From: Paraglomus brasilianum
Taxonomy: Eukaryota
Direction of reading: 5' to 3'
Assembly: GCA_910592345.1 (NCBI GenBank)
Contig: CAJVPI010000045.1
Span: 1 to 64,000, forward strand
Length of the DNA: 64,000 nt
The translations under genes were made by a program, and so were the position numbers. How positions within the stretch are numbered: position 1 is the stretch's first letter; each line of letters starts with the position of its first letter. Shown here one piece after another: positions 12,346 to 24,770 of this stretch. Below the pieces are notes generated by a model. The model was not told the DNA's origin and made no database searches. It saw only the letters and a list, made by a program, of their open reading frames with translations.

Positions 12346-14223
12346 AATTTACTAGTAAAACATATAGAATGTCTTTCTTTTCAAAAATCTCTCCAGTACA
12401 TGTGTACTATACGAAGAATAATTTTTTTTTTGCATGGTTTGGAAGCTAATTGATCGTGCTTTCCCAAAAAATTAACAAAAAAAATTTTATATATTATCGT
12501 TATAAAGGAGTTTTCTTGGTTGTAACTCTTCGTCTAATGACATTAATTCATTCGTAATAACCAAGACTCACCCCAATTCCCCATAACTAAATACTCATGA
12601 CTTCACAACAAAAGAAAAAACGCCTTTCATTCTACGCTCTCCCGTATTATATTATCACCAGCGACAAATTAGTCCATTCTTTCTTTTGACTACAACTGAT
12701 CCCGACGGTTTATTTGACCGTGCAAATGTTAGCAAATTCGACGCACTTGAACACGTATCGTGATTTAACAACCAGATTGACAAAAGCTTCGAAAGCTTTT
12801 AGTGAGGCGCTAAGGAGTATGGACACTGTAAAGGCATGGAAGAGCGATATGGGCGTTTGATGGAATTGCAGAGCAGGAAGCATAGTATAGGAAGGACCAT
12901 GATAAAATCTAACGGATATCAACATTCCCAATCATGTGTCTTCAGTCGACGTCGCTGTTCGTAAGTTGTGGTCTGGTTCAAGATGGCAGCATCGAACTAA
13001 ACAGGTGGCAATCTATTAGTATAAAGTTGTACAAAAGGACTTTGAAAGGTCAAATGTATGATTCAACATTCATTTATGGATCTGTGCAATTGTAACTTAA
13101 ATTACCATTGAAATTCTTAAAAGAAAGATGAGCGAGAGCTCATGAAGACAACTGGCCTCGACAAACTAATAAAAAGACTGGCAAGGACTATGAAAAACAA
13201 ACAAAGAGGGATAACAAGGCTGCTGTTGAATCCCATGAAGTAAGTGGACTGTATTTTCTTCTCACCAAAATGATGTTAATTTTGCTCATCCTATGGCATT
13301 CTTTATTTAGAAGTGTAATATCTACGCTGACGTCACTAGTAGTTCTGCTGCTTATCCAAGTGAACCTGAATATCGAAGCAAACACTTAAATACAAAGCAG
13401 TTTCATTCATCTCTAAAGAGGACTACTACGACTTCGAGCGGCAAGCATACACAATATACTTACATACCGTCAGAACCCCCCACAAACGACAACGTCGAAG
13501 CAACAGCAGCAGCAGAAACAACAAAAGAAGAGATCATCAGGACTAAAATGTTTGCTAAAGAATTTACAAGAAGTTTATTGTGATGGTAAATTAGCTGACT
13601 TATTAAAAGATTATAATGTAATGGTAATTGAAGTTGATCTAATTGACTGAAATTGTGATTCATTACGGCGTGACAATTTACATTTAAAGAACAAAATAAA
13701 GGAGAAGTTGGTTGAATAAAACGTGGTCTCTCAGTATCGCGACTTATAATTTTAGTTTGCATCACGAATGTAATATCATCAAAGTCGTTATGATAGAAGA
13801 CTTCCATTATAAATGAGTGGCTAGTAATTAATGTCGGCAGAATATTCCTTGAACGAATGTCACCATTGCTTATGGATACAAAGGATTTGGTTATAATTAT
13901 TATGGGGTGTGTTTATGAACATTCAGGAGAATTTTGCTTGCAGATGAGCCTTTATTATTATGTCTGCGATAAATCGTCTCCTGCAGAATTTTATTATCTA
14001 AACGAATTGCATTAACTCACTCTTCTAACAATTCACTATATCCCTGGTCATGTGATCATAGGCATTAGAGCAGTGCCGGTAAGAGTTTAGTCTACGAAGC
14101 ACAAAATCAGCATATAACAATGTCCCGTGCGTTTATTTGCATTGTGTAAAAGAAGATCTTGTCGTTGTTTGTGGAGGTTGAGATTGGTGCGAGTTAAAAA
14201 TTAAAGTTTAGGTTTGCATCAAA

Positions 14224-14551
14224 GTAATAATGAGCAGTTCGACATATTAGATAATCTGGCACGCGCAATTGTAACAATGTAATAATGGGCAGTTCGACAT
14301 ATTAGATAATCTGGCACGCGCAATTGTAACAATGTAATAATGGGCAGTTTGACATATTAGATAATCTGGCACGAGCAATTGTAACAATGTAATAATGAGC
14401 AGTTCGACATATTTAGACAATCAGACACGCGCAATTGTAACAATGTAATAATGGGCAGTTCGACATATTAGATAATCTGGCACGCGCAATTTTAACAATG
14501 TAATAATGAGCTGTTTGACATATTTAGACAATCAGACACGCGCAAATTGTA
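14224..14551. repeat. 55-bp minisatellite x6
   Basis: Unit aataatgggcagttcgacatattagataatctggcacgcgcaattgtaacaatgt; copies 4 and 6 share the variant atttagacaatcagacacg. Confidence 0.97.
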
Positions 14552-17375
14552 TCACTCAAACAATGCAGATAAATAAAAAGGGCGTTCTGTAGGGAAAATA
14601 ATGTTTATTATTTCGGCAGTGAGGATTCTTGTGTAAAAGGTTTCCCGAAAAAGGACTGACATTCCATAAAGGATGGAAGAAGACTTGAACCATAAATATA
14701 AACCACGGGTTTTGTAAACAGAGCCACAAGACGTACGATTAATTACAAATCTCAGATGATACATTCGAAATCTAAGATTAACAATTGTTTAAGCCTACAA
14801 TAATAATAATAATAATAATGCGGACCAAATCACTGTTGGAGTTTTGCACGCCTCGCGTTGAGCTTTAACAGGCATCGCGAGATATTTGTAAAATCTATTT
14901 AATCTCATCATTTTCCTTGTCGGCGTGATCTTTAAATTTCACACATTTAATGATGATGTATACTACCTTAACAATGGCTATCCTTGTCAAGCCAAAACTT
15001 TTTGTGAGGAGCTTGTCTTAGTTTTATACAGCGGGAAACTATGGTTTTATCGAAAAGCCAAATCACCCGCGGCAGCATTACGCACGTTCATCACACACAA
15101 AAAACCTTTTTCTCAGTCGAGAAGAAAAAGCCTTTTAACAAACGGCTTTTTTTAAACCAAATTTTTATTCTTTTTAAAAACAAATATACATTTCTTTTAA
15201 ACATGGATGAATTCACCATTATTGAATTCGCCATTAAAATTTTGGAGCCGCACGGGCTCCGTTATTACAAGCTCCCCCTTAGCAACCACATTCCGTATCG
15301 GGCTCGAACAAACGAAAAGGTTTCGGCGCACCGCAACTGTCTGGCAACCCAAGAACTCCACACGATGACGTTCTCAAGAAGGAGGAAGATGCTGAAGAAG
15401 TATTGCAATACGGAGGCGGAAAACTATGGTGGAGATAAAGCGGGTTGTTGTAATGTTAGCACAATTGCATGTATACAATATATTCTTTGTTTATAAATAA
15501 AAATTAAAATTTCGAATTATATTCCTTAAATGTTGGAATTATTGAATCAACTCAAAGAATGTTGTTGTGACCCATTTGTTGTATTATAAAAATCACGAAT
15601 ATATGGTTAACCAAGTGTCTAGTTATAATAGTAACTTCAGAGAGCATGTTCGTTGACGTTGCATTGTAATATAACATCTCTATAATAATATTGTTACGGC
15701 AAGCTGATCTGACGAATCAGATAAGTAATTCACATGATAAAATCTTCCTCCGCTGTCAGCAAACTTAGCTCAGTAATACAAAAGTTAAATTAGTAACGGC
15801 GTGTCGAAAAATCCGCAACAGCACAAAATATTATAATTGGAATTAGCTAAAAGAGCGTTACGTTTTTTCCGCAACGCTCGAAGATATATAAGTAGTTCAT
15901 ATTCCATCACCAAATCTTCATGTTGTCAACGTTGAAATAAATAAAATATTACTGATCTTAATAATATTCTTCCGCAATCATTTATTATAAATATACATAA
16001 TTTAATATTCTATCGTCGAAATAATTGATTATTCGACCGGACATTCCAATAAACGGTTCACCCAAGCTGTAACGGAACTCCAATAAACAGGCTCATTTAA
16101 GCTGTAACGGAATAGCATTGATTTGATCAAGCTAGTAAGGTCCGCTGATCAATTACGTGAATAACGGAACGAGAGTTCATAATTAATTATCGAGACGATT
16201 ATTGTTTAATTAGTTTAGTAAAGACAAGTGACGGATACCGACTAGTCGACAAACAAATCGAAGATAGCCCTGTTTAAATTTTAAAATAGTATTATTCCCC
16301 TTCGATTCTTTAATAGAATAATTGTTGTTATTATTTTATTAGAGGTACCCTTATTTGTATTCACGAGTGTTTGAAACTCGGATAGGGAGTGAGAAGCGCG
16401 CATAATTAAAATAGGTCAATTGAGGCTTAAGTCAGTCTTAATTTCACAACTATGGTAGTAAGAGTGATAGTACGAGCTAAGCCTGGCATCGTCCGGTCGG
16501 CGAACACGCCTACATGAAAAGATAAATCGCTCTCCCAAAAAACCCCATTTAACTTCCACATAATCCTTCTGAAGAAGCTTTGATTATTTTTCGTGTCATA
16601 CGTAGATGCAATTACAGCTGCCAATTACGATTTGTAGTTTTGTTTACAAATTTTTTAGGGTATTTGGTATGCTTTTTTAACAAGTATGCTTCTTGGTATT
16701 CCTACATCAATTGTTAAAAACGCCTTCTTTCGTATACTGTAGAACTTACCAATCACGCTTTATTGATGGTTTATTTAACTAAATAAGTAACCGTGCAGTA
16801 TCAGTCACGCTTATGGTGAACCAAAGATCTAGAGGTTATCAAATATGTCGAATCAGACGGGAAGATTATTGATTATTTATTATTGAGTCCTAGCCTCAAG
16901 GAGAGGATCCGGATAATATTAAGGAAATTGTTACTTGAAGGGACGTAGTGACATGGTTATTAGATCTAACTTATCACAATTAATCAAATCTTACACTCTC
17001 ACCTCTCATTATAAACTGAAATATCCAAAAGATAATTTGTACGTGTTACTGTATTCTTTTCATGGAAAATGACTGTTGTGCGCTGTAGGTTGCTGCTCAT
17101 AGCACTTTCTGACAAAATGAATTCTAATACTCCGTCAAGAAAAATTGGTCATTGGGCTGAGCCAGTTAGATTTCAAACAAGGACGTGTTTATTCCCAACC
17201 GTCCGTTATTATTGATGAGAAAATCTTAATTTTACTGTAAAGACTATAATGTAATGGTGTAGTTTTGAAACCATAGGGAGAGAGTAAGATTAATAATTGT
17301 ATTAATGTAAACACTAAAGACAATTTTTTGAATAAAAATACTGTATTCAGTCAACGTACATGCGCCTTTGACATA

Positions 17376-18934
17376 CAGTGGGCTCCAAAAAGTCACGGAG
17401 TAACACAAAAATTTACGAATTATACCATGAAATCGTGCATATGTAAACGTAAAATTTTAGTAACATTACTGTATTTGATGCATTAATTAAACGTGTTTGC
17501 AGTATCGTTTTACACATATTTAGTATTGTTTATAGATACATTTTTACCTTTATTTACTAAAAAAATATCATCAAAGTCAGCAAAAGAGTTTCGCCGATTT
17601 TATCCTGGAATTTCAATTGACAAAAGCGCAAAATCCACATTGACAACAGGAAAAGGTTTATTAAGAGATTGTATTTAGAATATTTAAAATACATAATTAC
17701 AAAGTTTTATAAATTTTAGTTAAAAAATGGCTGAAAAATGATAAAGTATAGAGACTATATATTTATAATGTTCTAATATTTAGTACTAAACGCTTTTTCA
17801 TTCCAGAATATAAATTCGATTGAATAGATATCCTATTTTAGTCGGATAATCAGTAAAAAACCATCTAATCCAATTGATTTTTTTGTAAAATACGTTGATT
17901 TTCTATCCTTTTCTTCATTATTACCCATAAGTTTTCTATAGGGTTTAAGTCAGGTTGAGTAAGAAGGCCAATCAAGAACTTTTGGGCATTTTTCTTTAAG
18001 AAATTTCTTTGTTAATTTGGCGGTGTGCTTCGGGTCGTTATCTTGTTGGAAACCCATGATTTTCCCAGTAGATTTGAAGCATTTGCGAAAAGATTTTCCG
18101 TTAAAATTTTCCGATAAAGCTCCCCATTCATGTTTTCAGTAAAACAATGAAATCCGACAGCTTCCTGTGAACAAAAACCACCCCAAACATGAACCTTGAG
18201 CAGATGTTTGACAATTGCACGCCGTGGCTTTTCTTGGCCCACTTTATATCTTACTAAAGTGGTATTTCTAAATAATTGGACAAGTTGTCTCATCAGAAAA
18301 GATAACTTTTTTTCAATTTTTGTTAAGATGAGACTTTGCCCATTCAACGCGATAATCCTTTGCACTCGGTGTTAACATTGGTACTGAAACTGGTACACAA
18401 ACGCGATAGTCGAGTTATAAAGGTTCTCACGGACTGTTCTTGGCGCAATATTAAGGTTTGGGTAGATTTGGTTAAGCAAATGAGCAATTTTTTTACTGCT
18501 ATCACATTTTCTTGAACTTGCTAATTTTCCAAGATGTATGCGCTTTTCCGCAGTAAGTTTTTTTGGTCTACCTGGGCGGGATTTAGGTTTCAGGGAAGCT
18601 GCTACTGAAAGTTTTCTAATATATTTGTATAAAGTAGATATGGGAACATGTGTTATCCTATGAAGCTGAGATACATCATAAATTCCACTGTCCCACAAAT
18701 TCTCTACAATTGATCGTTTTTGGGTCAAAGTAAGTTGCTTAGGCATTTTTAACAAAAAAATTTATGAAAGTAAACAAAGAGCGCGTTGTAGATTCAAATA
18801 TTATTTTTATTTATACATTTGTTATCTGGTGTAACTTTCTATATATGACTTTGCCATTAATAAATAAAACAGGGAGCCCGTAAGTATTAGATAAAGTGAT
18901 TGCATAAAATTCTCATTATTTTCCGTCACTACTG
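17376..18934 (-). mobile_element. Tc1/mariner DNA transposon with frameshifted transposase (~18755 to ~17890)
   Basis: HTH region (VPISTLYKYIRKL...GRPKKLT), [26 protein letters not shown] and DWPSYS-DLNPIENLW spread over several frames. Bounded by TA|CAGT (17376) and ACTG|TA (18934). Confidence 0.93.
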
Positions 18935-18954
18935 TAGCATTGATGTATTGGTAC

Positions 18955-19061
18955 AAAGGTTATAGCGGGGTTTATTATAATTTATCGGTATAGCGGGGAA
19001 AATTTTCTATCTAAATTTTGGGAGCGGCGTTTTCCATCGTTATCGGTAACAAGGTTTGACT
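18955..19061. mobile_element. pogo/Tigger-like terminal remnant
   Basis: Ends aacaaggtttgactg|ta (reverse complement TA|CAGTCAAACCTTGTT) with repeated subterminal tatagcgggg motifs; similar to the MITE terminus at 54214. Confidence 0.55.
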
Positions 19062-19469
19062 GTATAAAGAACTACTCGTTTATTTAATTAGAACATTATA
19101 GGACGGACCTTCAATCTTACTAAAATCTACGCTACTTACATATCTTTCGGGCGAACTAATTGATCTATTTTTAGCAGTTATTGCTAATTCTCTAAGCTGT
19201 TGTCCTCAGATACGTTGCTGTATTGCCGCAGATCACTTCTTGTATTTACTTCCAAGTCACTTCTTTAGGTCACTTGTAATTATCAATTATTTCCCGTACT
19301 ACCGCAGCGATGTTCCATTGTCATTGCAAGTTACTGCCGGTCGGATTGACACCGTCGTCGGAGTTACCGTTCATATCATATCATCACAACAACTGATAAA
19401 CCAGAGTTTCTGAATAGCCTTGCAATTTTCTCTTATGAGATTTTTGGGATTCATTTTATGGAAGTTCCA

Positions 19470-19560
19470 TAACCAACTCCCTTTTTAATGTCTTGTTCTA
19501 CCTCAATTCCATTTATATAGCAAAGACCAAGATTATACTGTGTAGTTGCATGCTCCAGCT
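19470..19560 (-). pseudogene. Sel1-like repeat fragment
   Basis: Minus-strand peptide LEHATTQYNLGLCYINGIEVEQDIKKGV matches the Sel1 consensus A.YNLG.CY..G.GV.QD..KA. Confidence 0.75.
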
Positions 19561-20999
19561 TCAATTGTATCCCCATGATTATTCAAGTGGATGGCAAATA
19601 CAATAATTAATTGTGAGATTATTATTGTTATAAGTGAAATACTAGTATCAAAATAATCCCACAATAAGAATCATGATTTGTACTTGAGAACAATTAATTA
19701 TCCAGTACTAGGATTAGTGTCACTTATTGACACTGAGTCATAATAATAAGTGTAAAAGAGATCACTAACTATATTATATATATTTGATTTTCTGTGACCT
19801 CGACTCAACAATATGGTTCCCTGGTGTATTTGATATAATTAGTGTCATATCAGTTTCCTCTTTGATAGAAGCATCAACTGCACAAGCAGGGAATTTGTTA
19901 ATATATTTACACTGCAATTTTTTGTAAATATGTTGTAGCAAACTACAAAAGTTGGGCAAGGATCTCTCCTATCAGCCATGCATAATTGTCTTGACCATTG
20001 TTCTTCCTGTGTGATGCTGATATGATTCTCTGAAATAGCAGAGTAAGCCTTATGGTATAATGGTTGGCATGGCATGTAGGAAGCATTCTAATATCAATTT
20101 ACTATTACATTGTTCTTTGGTCATATTTTGGTACTACACAGTGACTATGACATGTAGAACAGTGGAGACATAAAGTAGTCTTCTATCCTGGCATTCTCTT
20201 TAGTGTAATTTAGCATTTGACTTGCTGTCACTTTTATTTGGTATGGGTGCTTCAGATGGGTGCTTCAGTACTGGAAGGAATGTCCCCAGTCACAATTTGC
20301 TCAAATCAGGTTTGATATCATCTCTGTTGTGTGGCTCTAATAGAGAATGAAAAACTGATTTATGGGTATTTGGAATGAAACTTACAGCCTTGAGTTCTTA
20401 ATTTCTACCCTCTTGCATTCTCAGTTTTGTTATCTTGCAGAGAGTTCTATTACCATCCATTAATAGATGTAGATGTTCCAATGCATCAAAATGGCATGAT
20501 AATGTTATCATTGAGGTCGGCATTCAATCAGCAACCAATGGTTCACAGACTAAGACAGTGTCAGCGACAACCAAATGTGGATACTAACACCCGAAACTAT
20601 AGTTCTAATATAGCACATTCTGCAGTATAAAGATCACCAATAAATCTTTGAACCATTGTTTGACAAGTTTCCTTATTCTATTATTCTAGTTAACGCAAAC
20701 TTTTTCTGTGTTCTTTATAAGACCAAATTATGGTGGAGTTCGCTTGGTCTAAAACTCTAAGCTGTACATCACAGATCCAAAAAATATTGTCAGCGTTGCT
20801 AAGAGAAGCGATATTTACTTCAAACCAAACCGTCTTCTGATTTTCCCAACCACATTAGTCACAACCAGCACAGTTAAACTATGCGACTGTCGCCTTTGCA
20901 CCGTCTTAGCTTAATACCAAAAACGATAACGCTAAGGCATAAACCTCAGTTCGAACTTGAATTAGAATAACATAGCCAAGATGATGCCAAGCAACTATA

Positions 21000-21332
21000 G
21001 AGCAAAATCATCGTCAAAATGGTTACGACAGATTCAACAGTTTTCCCCGCTACGATGATGGATATGACAACGGTCGCGGCGGATACGATAGTGGTCGCGG
21101 TGGATACGATAGTGGTCGCGGCGGTTACGATAGTGGTCGCGATGGACGTGACAACGGTCGCGGCGGATATGATGGTAGTCGCGGGTATAACGGATATCTT
21201 CGTGATCTCAAAAATAAAGCGAAAATATTTGTCGACGATGGAGCCTTCCTTTTAGAAGATGAAGTATTTCAGACCTTCTGTGAGCAATGTGGTAACATAC
21301 TCACGTGGAAAAAGCGGATAAAGAACCAGTAA
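21000..21332 (+). pseudogene. RGG-repeat region followed by a truncated RRM (RBM25/Snu71-like N-terminal half)
   Basis: Open frame ...YDNGRGGYDSGRGGYDSGRGGYDSGRDGRDNGRGGYDGSRG...KAKIFVDDGAFLLEDEVFQTFCEQCGNILTWKKRIKNQ*. It stops before an RNP1 motif. Confidence 0.6.
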
Positions 21333-21512
21333 TGAAGTAAAGAAGAAAATACAAGAGGAGGTCGATCCTCTGTTCAGAGATAACCCGAATAGAATACTGC
21401 AGCCCGATGACGCGAACAAAACACTTGATTATCTTGAAGCGGTCATCAAAGAAGCCTCGCGTATTTATCCTCCCCTGCCCATTAATCAGAGTTGCTACGC
21501 AGGATATGTGCT
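21331..21512 (+). pseudogene. Cytochrome P450 fragment (J-K helices)
   Basis: NEVKKKIQEEVDPLF...LDYLEAVIKEASRIYPPLP contains the K-helix ExxR motif; no heme-binding motif follows. Confidence 0.85.
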
Positions 21513-22010
21513 ATGCATGGAAACTGTTTGCGACTGGCACAGTTACATTCTGAGGCTGTGGACTTTCCTAAAACTGGTGTCCCTGCTGAATTCAATTTTG
21601 TAATTTGACCCACCACAAACAGACATTAAATTGATCAACGATTATTCGTGGATGGCTATGAACAACATCTGGAAGACGCTCTGTTACGAAACGTGCATAT
21701 GATGCAGATGTACGCGGTCTAATGAATCAATATGGTATCATGACTGAATACGAGATTCATAGTCAACTCTACCATAAAGGTGGAGCAAGTGAATACAGAG
21801 AGCGGTCAGTGAACTATTACCGTAAAAAATTTGAGGACATTTTTGCCGAATTTTCTGTAAAATCAGCAGCCGAGGCTAAAAACCAGATGCGTATTAAGAG
21901 CAGACTGGAAGCCAAGGCCTATGCTTTGTATCATGCTGCGTATCGAGAGAGGATGACCCTGCTGACAATATGATTTCCTTCCCGTGGACTATTGACGACC
22001 ACATAGCTAT
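21510..22010 (+). pseudogene. Eukaryotic RNA-dependent RNA polymerase (RNAi RDR family), C-terminal fragment
   Basis: CLRLAQLHSEAVDFPKTGVPAEF ... RLFVDGYEQHLEDA ... YDADVRGLMNQYGIMTEYEI ... EAKAYALYHAAY ... MISFPW. Frameshifts and internal deletions are present, and the catalytic DxDGD region is absent. Confidence 0.9.
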
Positions 22011-22389
22011 TCGTAATTCTGGCCGATTTAAGGCTTTAGAAGACGTTTATAACGGTAGATCAACCACGAATACGTCGTATCAGCGACCATTGTCGCTCTG
22101 ATAGTTTAGTCAAACTCTATGGAAAAATAACTTGGGAATACGAATTCCTCATCGATCAAAACTTCTTCAACTTTGCCAAGAACTGTTTGCAGAGCTCAAA
22201 TCTAAATCTTCCTCCTACATTTTGTTTTAGAAGTTGTAAGTTTCTTTCCAATCCTGTTCCTCTAAATCCTGGCTGTCTCTGCACCTGGTTCACTTCATAC
22301 CTATCGAGTCAGTACCGTACCAGCAAATTGTATATATTCAGCGACGTCCTCTGTCAACATCCTTCAAGGCCTTTCTATCACAACCCATG

Positions 22390-23400
22390 AAATGGAAAAA
22401 ACGACGAAAGACTAGATAAGCAAAAGATGGTCCTGAAGAAAGAATAAAAAAAGATCGTCACTCGCCTCAATCTTCGGTTTCGTCGAACAAAAGCAAGAAA
22501 GAAGAAAATGAGAACGTGTTATCATTAAAAACATCATCTATTTCTTCGCACGAAAGTAACGGTTGTGGTGGAAATGAAGGTCGGGGAGGCTATGAAAATC
22601 GAATGGGTTATAAAAATAGAATGAATTATGACAACAGAGGAGGTTATGAAAATCGAGGAGAATATGAAGGTCGAGAGGGTATGGAAATCGAGGGGGATAC
22701 GAAAGTCGAGGAGGATACGAAGGTTGAGGAGGATATGAAGGTCGAGGAGGGTATGAAAATCGAGGGTATGACTCAAAACCATATGATAACAAATATCAAG
22801 GCATTCTCCTCAATCCGACGAGTGCCAAATCAAAATCGCAATTCATATTCCTCTGAAGACAGTGACGATGCTCCACTTGTTACGAAAATGCAATCGTCAA
22901 GTTCAGCTGCTCCTAAGAAGATTTTAGACTCGGATTGGATTCTTCAAGCGATGAGAAAGAGGAAGAGAGCGAGAGCGATGATGAACAGCCATCGAGTAAG
23001 GCGGTAAACAATGCCAGGAAGAGGGTTGGTTATTACCCGAATCCACCGAATCCACCGAGTTCGTTATGATCCGATGATTATGATATACGTGGAAATGGTG
23101 CGCCAGTTCAGCCTGGTAATCCACAGATGCCATCAAAATACGCACGGGCATACATTCCTCTCCTCCTCCCCCCCGCATTCTAACTCGAGACATGGAGGAG
23201 GCTTCCTGCCAATCTGTTTGCACCAGTTCCTTATCGAGATGAAACTCTTCCATACGATGCTCCGTCGCGTCATCATCCTAATTATTACACACAATACGAA
23301 GCACGGGCTCGTTATTGGAAATGTCAATGCACCGATTCCTCCTGCCCCACCAGCGGCTGTCGATCCATCACTTAAACCCATTCCAATACTGTAACCGTAT
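22390..23400 (+). pseudogene. Low-complexity RGG/Tyr-Gly repeat and Pro-rich protein remnant
   Basis: 18-bp repeats encoding RGGYEN/RGGYEG (22575-22770), then acidic DSDEKEEESESDDE and Pro/Tyr-rich segments with stops and frameshifts. Confidence 0.55.
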
Positions 23401-24629
23401 TTCCTACACTCCTAATATCAAATCAACCGTTTCTGAATGTTCTTCAGTTCCTAACCCTAATATTTAGGTCTTTTATATGAAAAGGGTCTTCTTGCTTAGA
23501 TGCTCCCCTCTGAAACCTATTAACTCCGATTCACATTGCTGTCATTTATTTTTGTCATCCAAATAATAGATAACAAAAGCTTTACATTACGGGGCGTATG
23601 AACTATAAAAAGAAGCCTCATACAGACGATATTATAAATTATCGGCCATCCCTTAAAGAGCAAACAATGTCGCTGATCAGCTGACAGACCTGCTATCAAA
23701 CAAACGCAACGCACAGGGGAAAAAAAAGCTATGATATCATACAATATTGAAATAGGGAATTCATCAAACCTTATGCTTCCCCCAACACTCGACACATTCA
23801 CAATGACATACAATACTAGTATCATGACGTGCAACAGTTAAACCATTTAAAGCAATATAGTCTAGACCAAGATCAGCCTTATATGCATCCTATTGACACA
23901 TAATAATGTCGAGTGTAACAAGTCTCAGGTGAGACTGAGTTACGCTACTAGTCCCAATTCGGGACGAGACAGCAAAGAAGATTTGAATGGAAATTTGACT
24001 ATGAGAGAATATACACGACTCAATAGAGTACTTGTATAAATAAACTATTCTACAGCCAATAGTGTTTGTTCTGCTGAACCGATTTAGCAAACACAATAGA
24101 TGATTGTTAATCAATTGTATAAAAGTGTGTTAACAGCCCACACTCGTCAACTCACAAACTCGCCCACCCTCAAACAAAATTTTAAAAATTCAAATTCACT
24201 TTTTTTCCTGGTTTAATACCATCGCTTCCCTCTTCCTTATTATCAATATTTTTAAAATAAACAATTTCGAACACGGGAAACGGGTAAGCAATATCTGTGA
24301 CTTGTATCTGCGATTTGCTTCAACTTACAAAGGCCATTACAGTTATGACTAACACAGGCCAAAATAATTTAGGTTTCGCAAACGAAAAAAGCCAAAGGCT
24401 TATATCCCTCGAAAGTTTTCCGACGGCCAGTTCAGTTTGAGAAAGAGGGTAGCATACTCTTACCGACAAGAGGTTACCCTGACCGGCAAAAAATATGACG
24501 GTCAATCTTATCAACCAACAGCATCATTATAGGTATTAAACAGTGATTTATATGTTGACAAACTTTTAATATTAATTTTTCTATTGTTAATAATAGATAC
24601 AGATTGGCGTGGCATAAATGCCATGAACT

Positions 24630-24770
24630 TGAAAATTCTTCCGGTTGCCCCTTCATAAGAGCGCATATAATCGCGCGGGGGCAACATAAATAACAATTAT
24701 TCTTCCGGTTGCCTCCTTTACAGTAGCAATTAATATACAATCGCGCGGGGGGCAACATAAATAACAATTT
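24630..24770. repeat. ~65-bp tandem duplication
   Basis: attcttccggttgcc...aatcgcgcgggggcaacataaataacaatt occurs twice. Confidence 0.85.

Noticed and set aside
11900..13600. Further coding-like remnants (also ~30.3-32.9 kb, 36.3-37 kb and 60.9-61.7 kb)
   Set aside because: Splice-like signals and broken frames suggest pseudogenes, but I could not recognise any family.
14224..14551. CRISPR-like array
   Set aside because: Head-to-tail 55-bp units with no spacers; an ordinary minisatellite.
15041..15496. 151-aa ORF as a real gene
   Set aside because: No recognisable domain or paralog in the window; cannot be supported without a search.
21019..21255. ORF-track protein MVTTDST...VVAAVT
   Set aside because: Off-frame reading of the RGG repeat; the minus-strand ORFs at 22534-22792 are likewise shadows.
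21510..22010. Endogenous viral RdRP
   Set aside because: The motif LHS.AVDFPKTG belongs to cellular RNAi RDRs, not viral polymerases.
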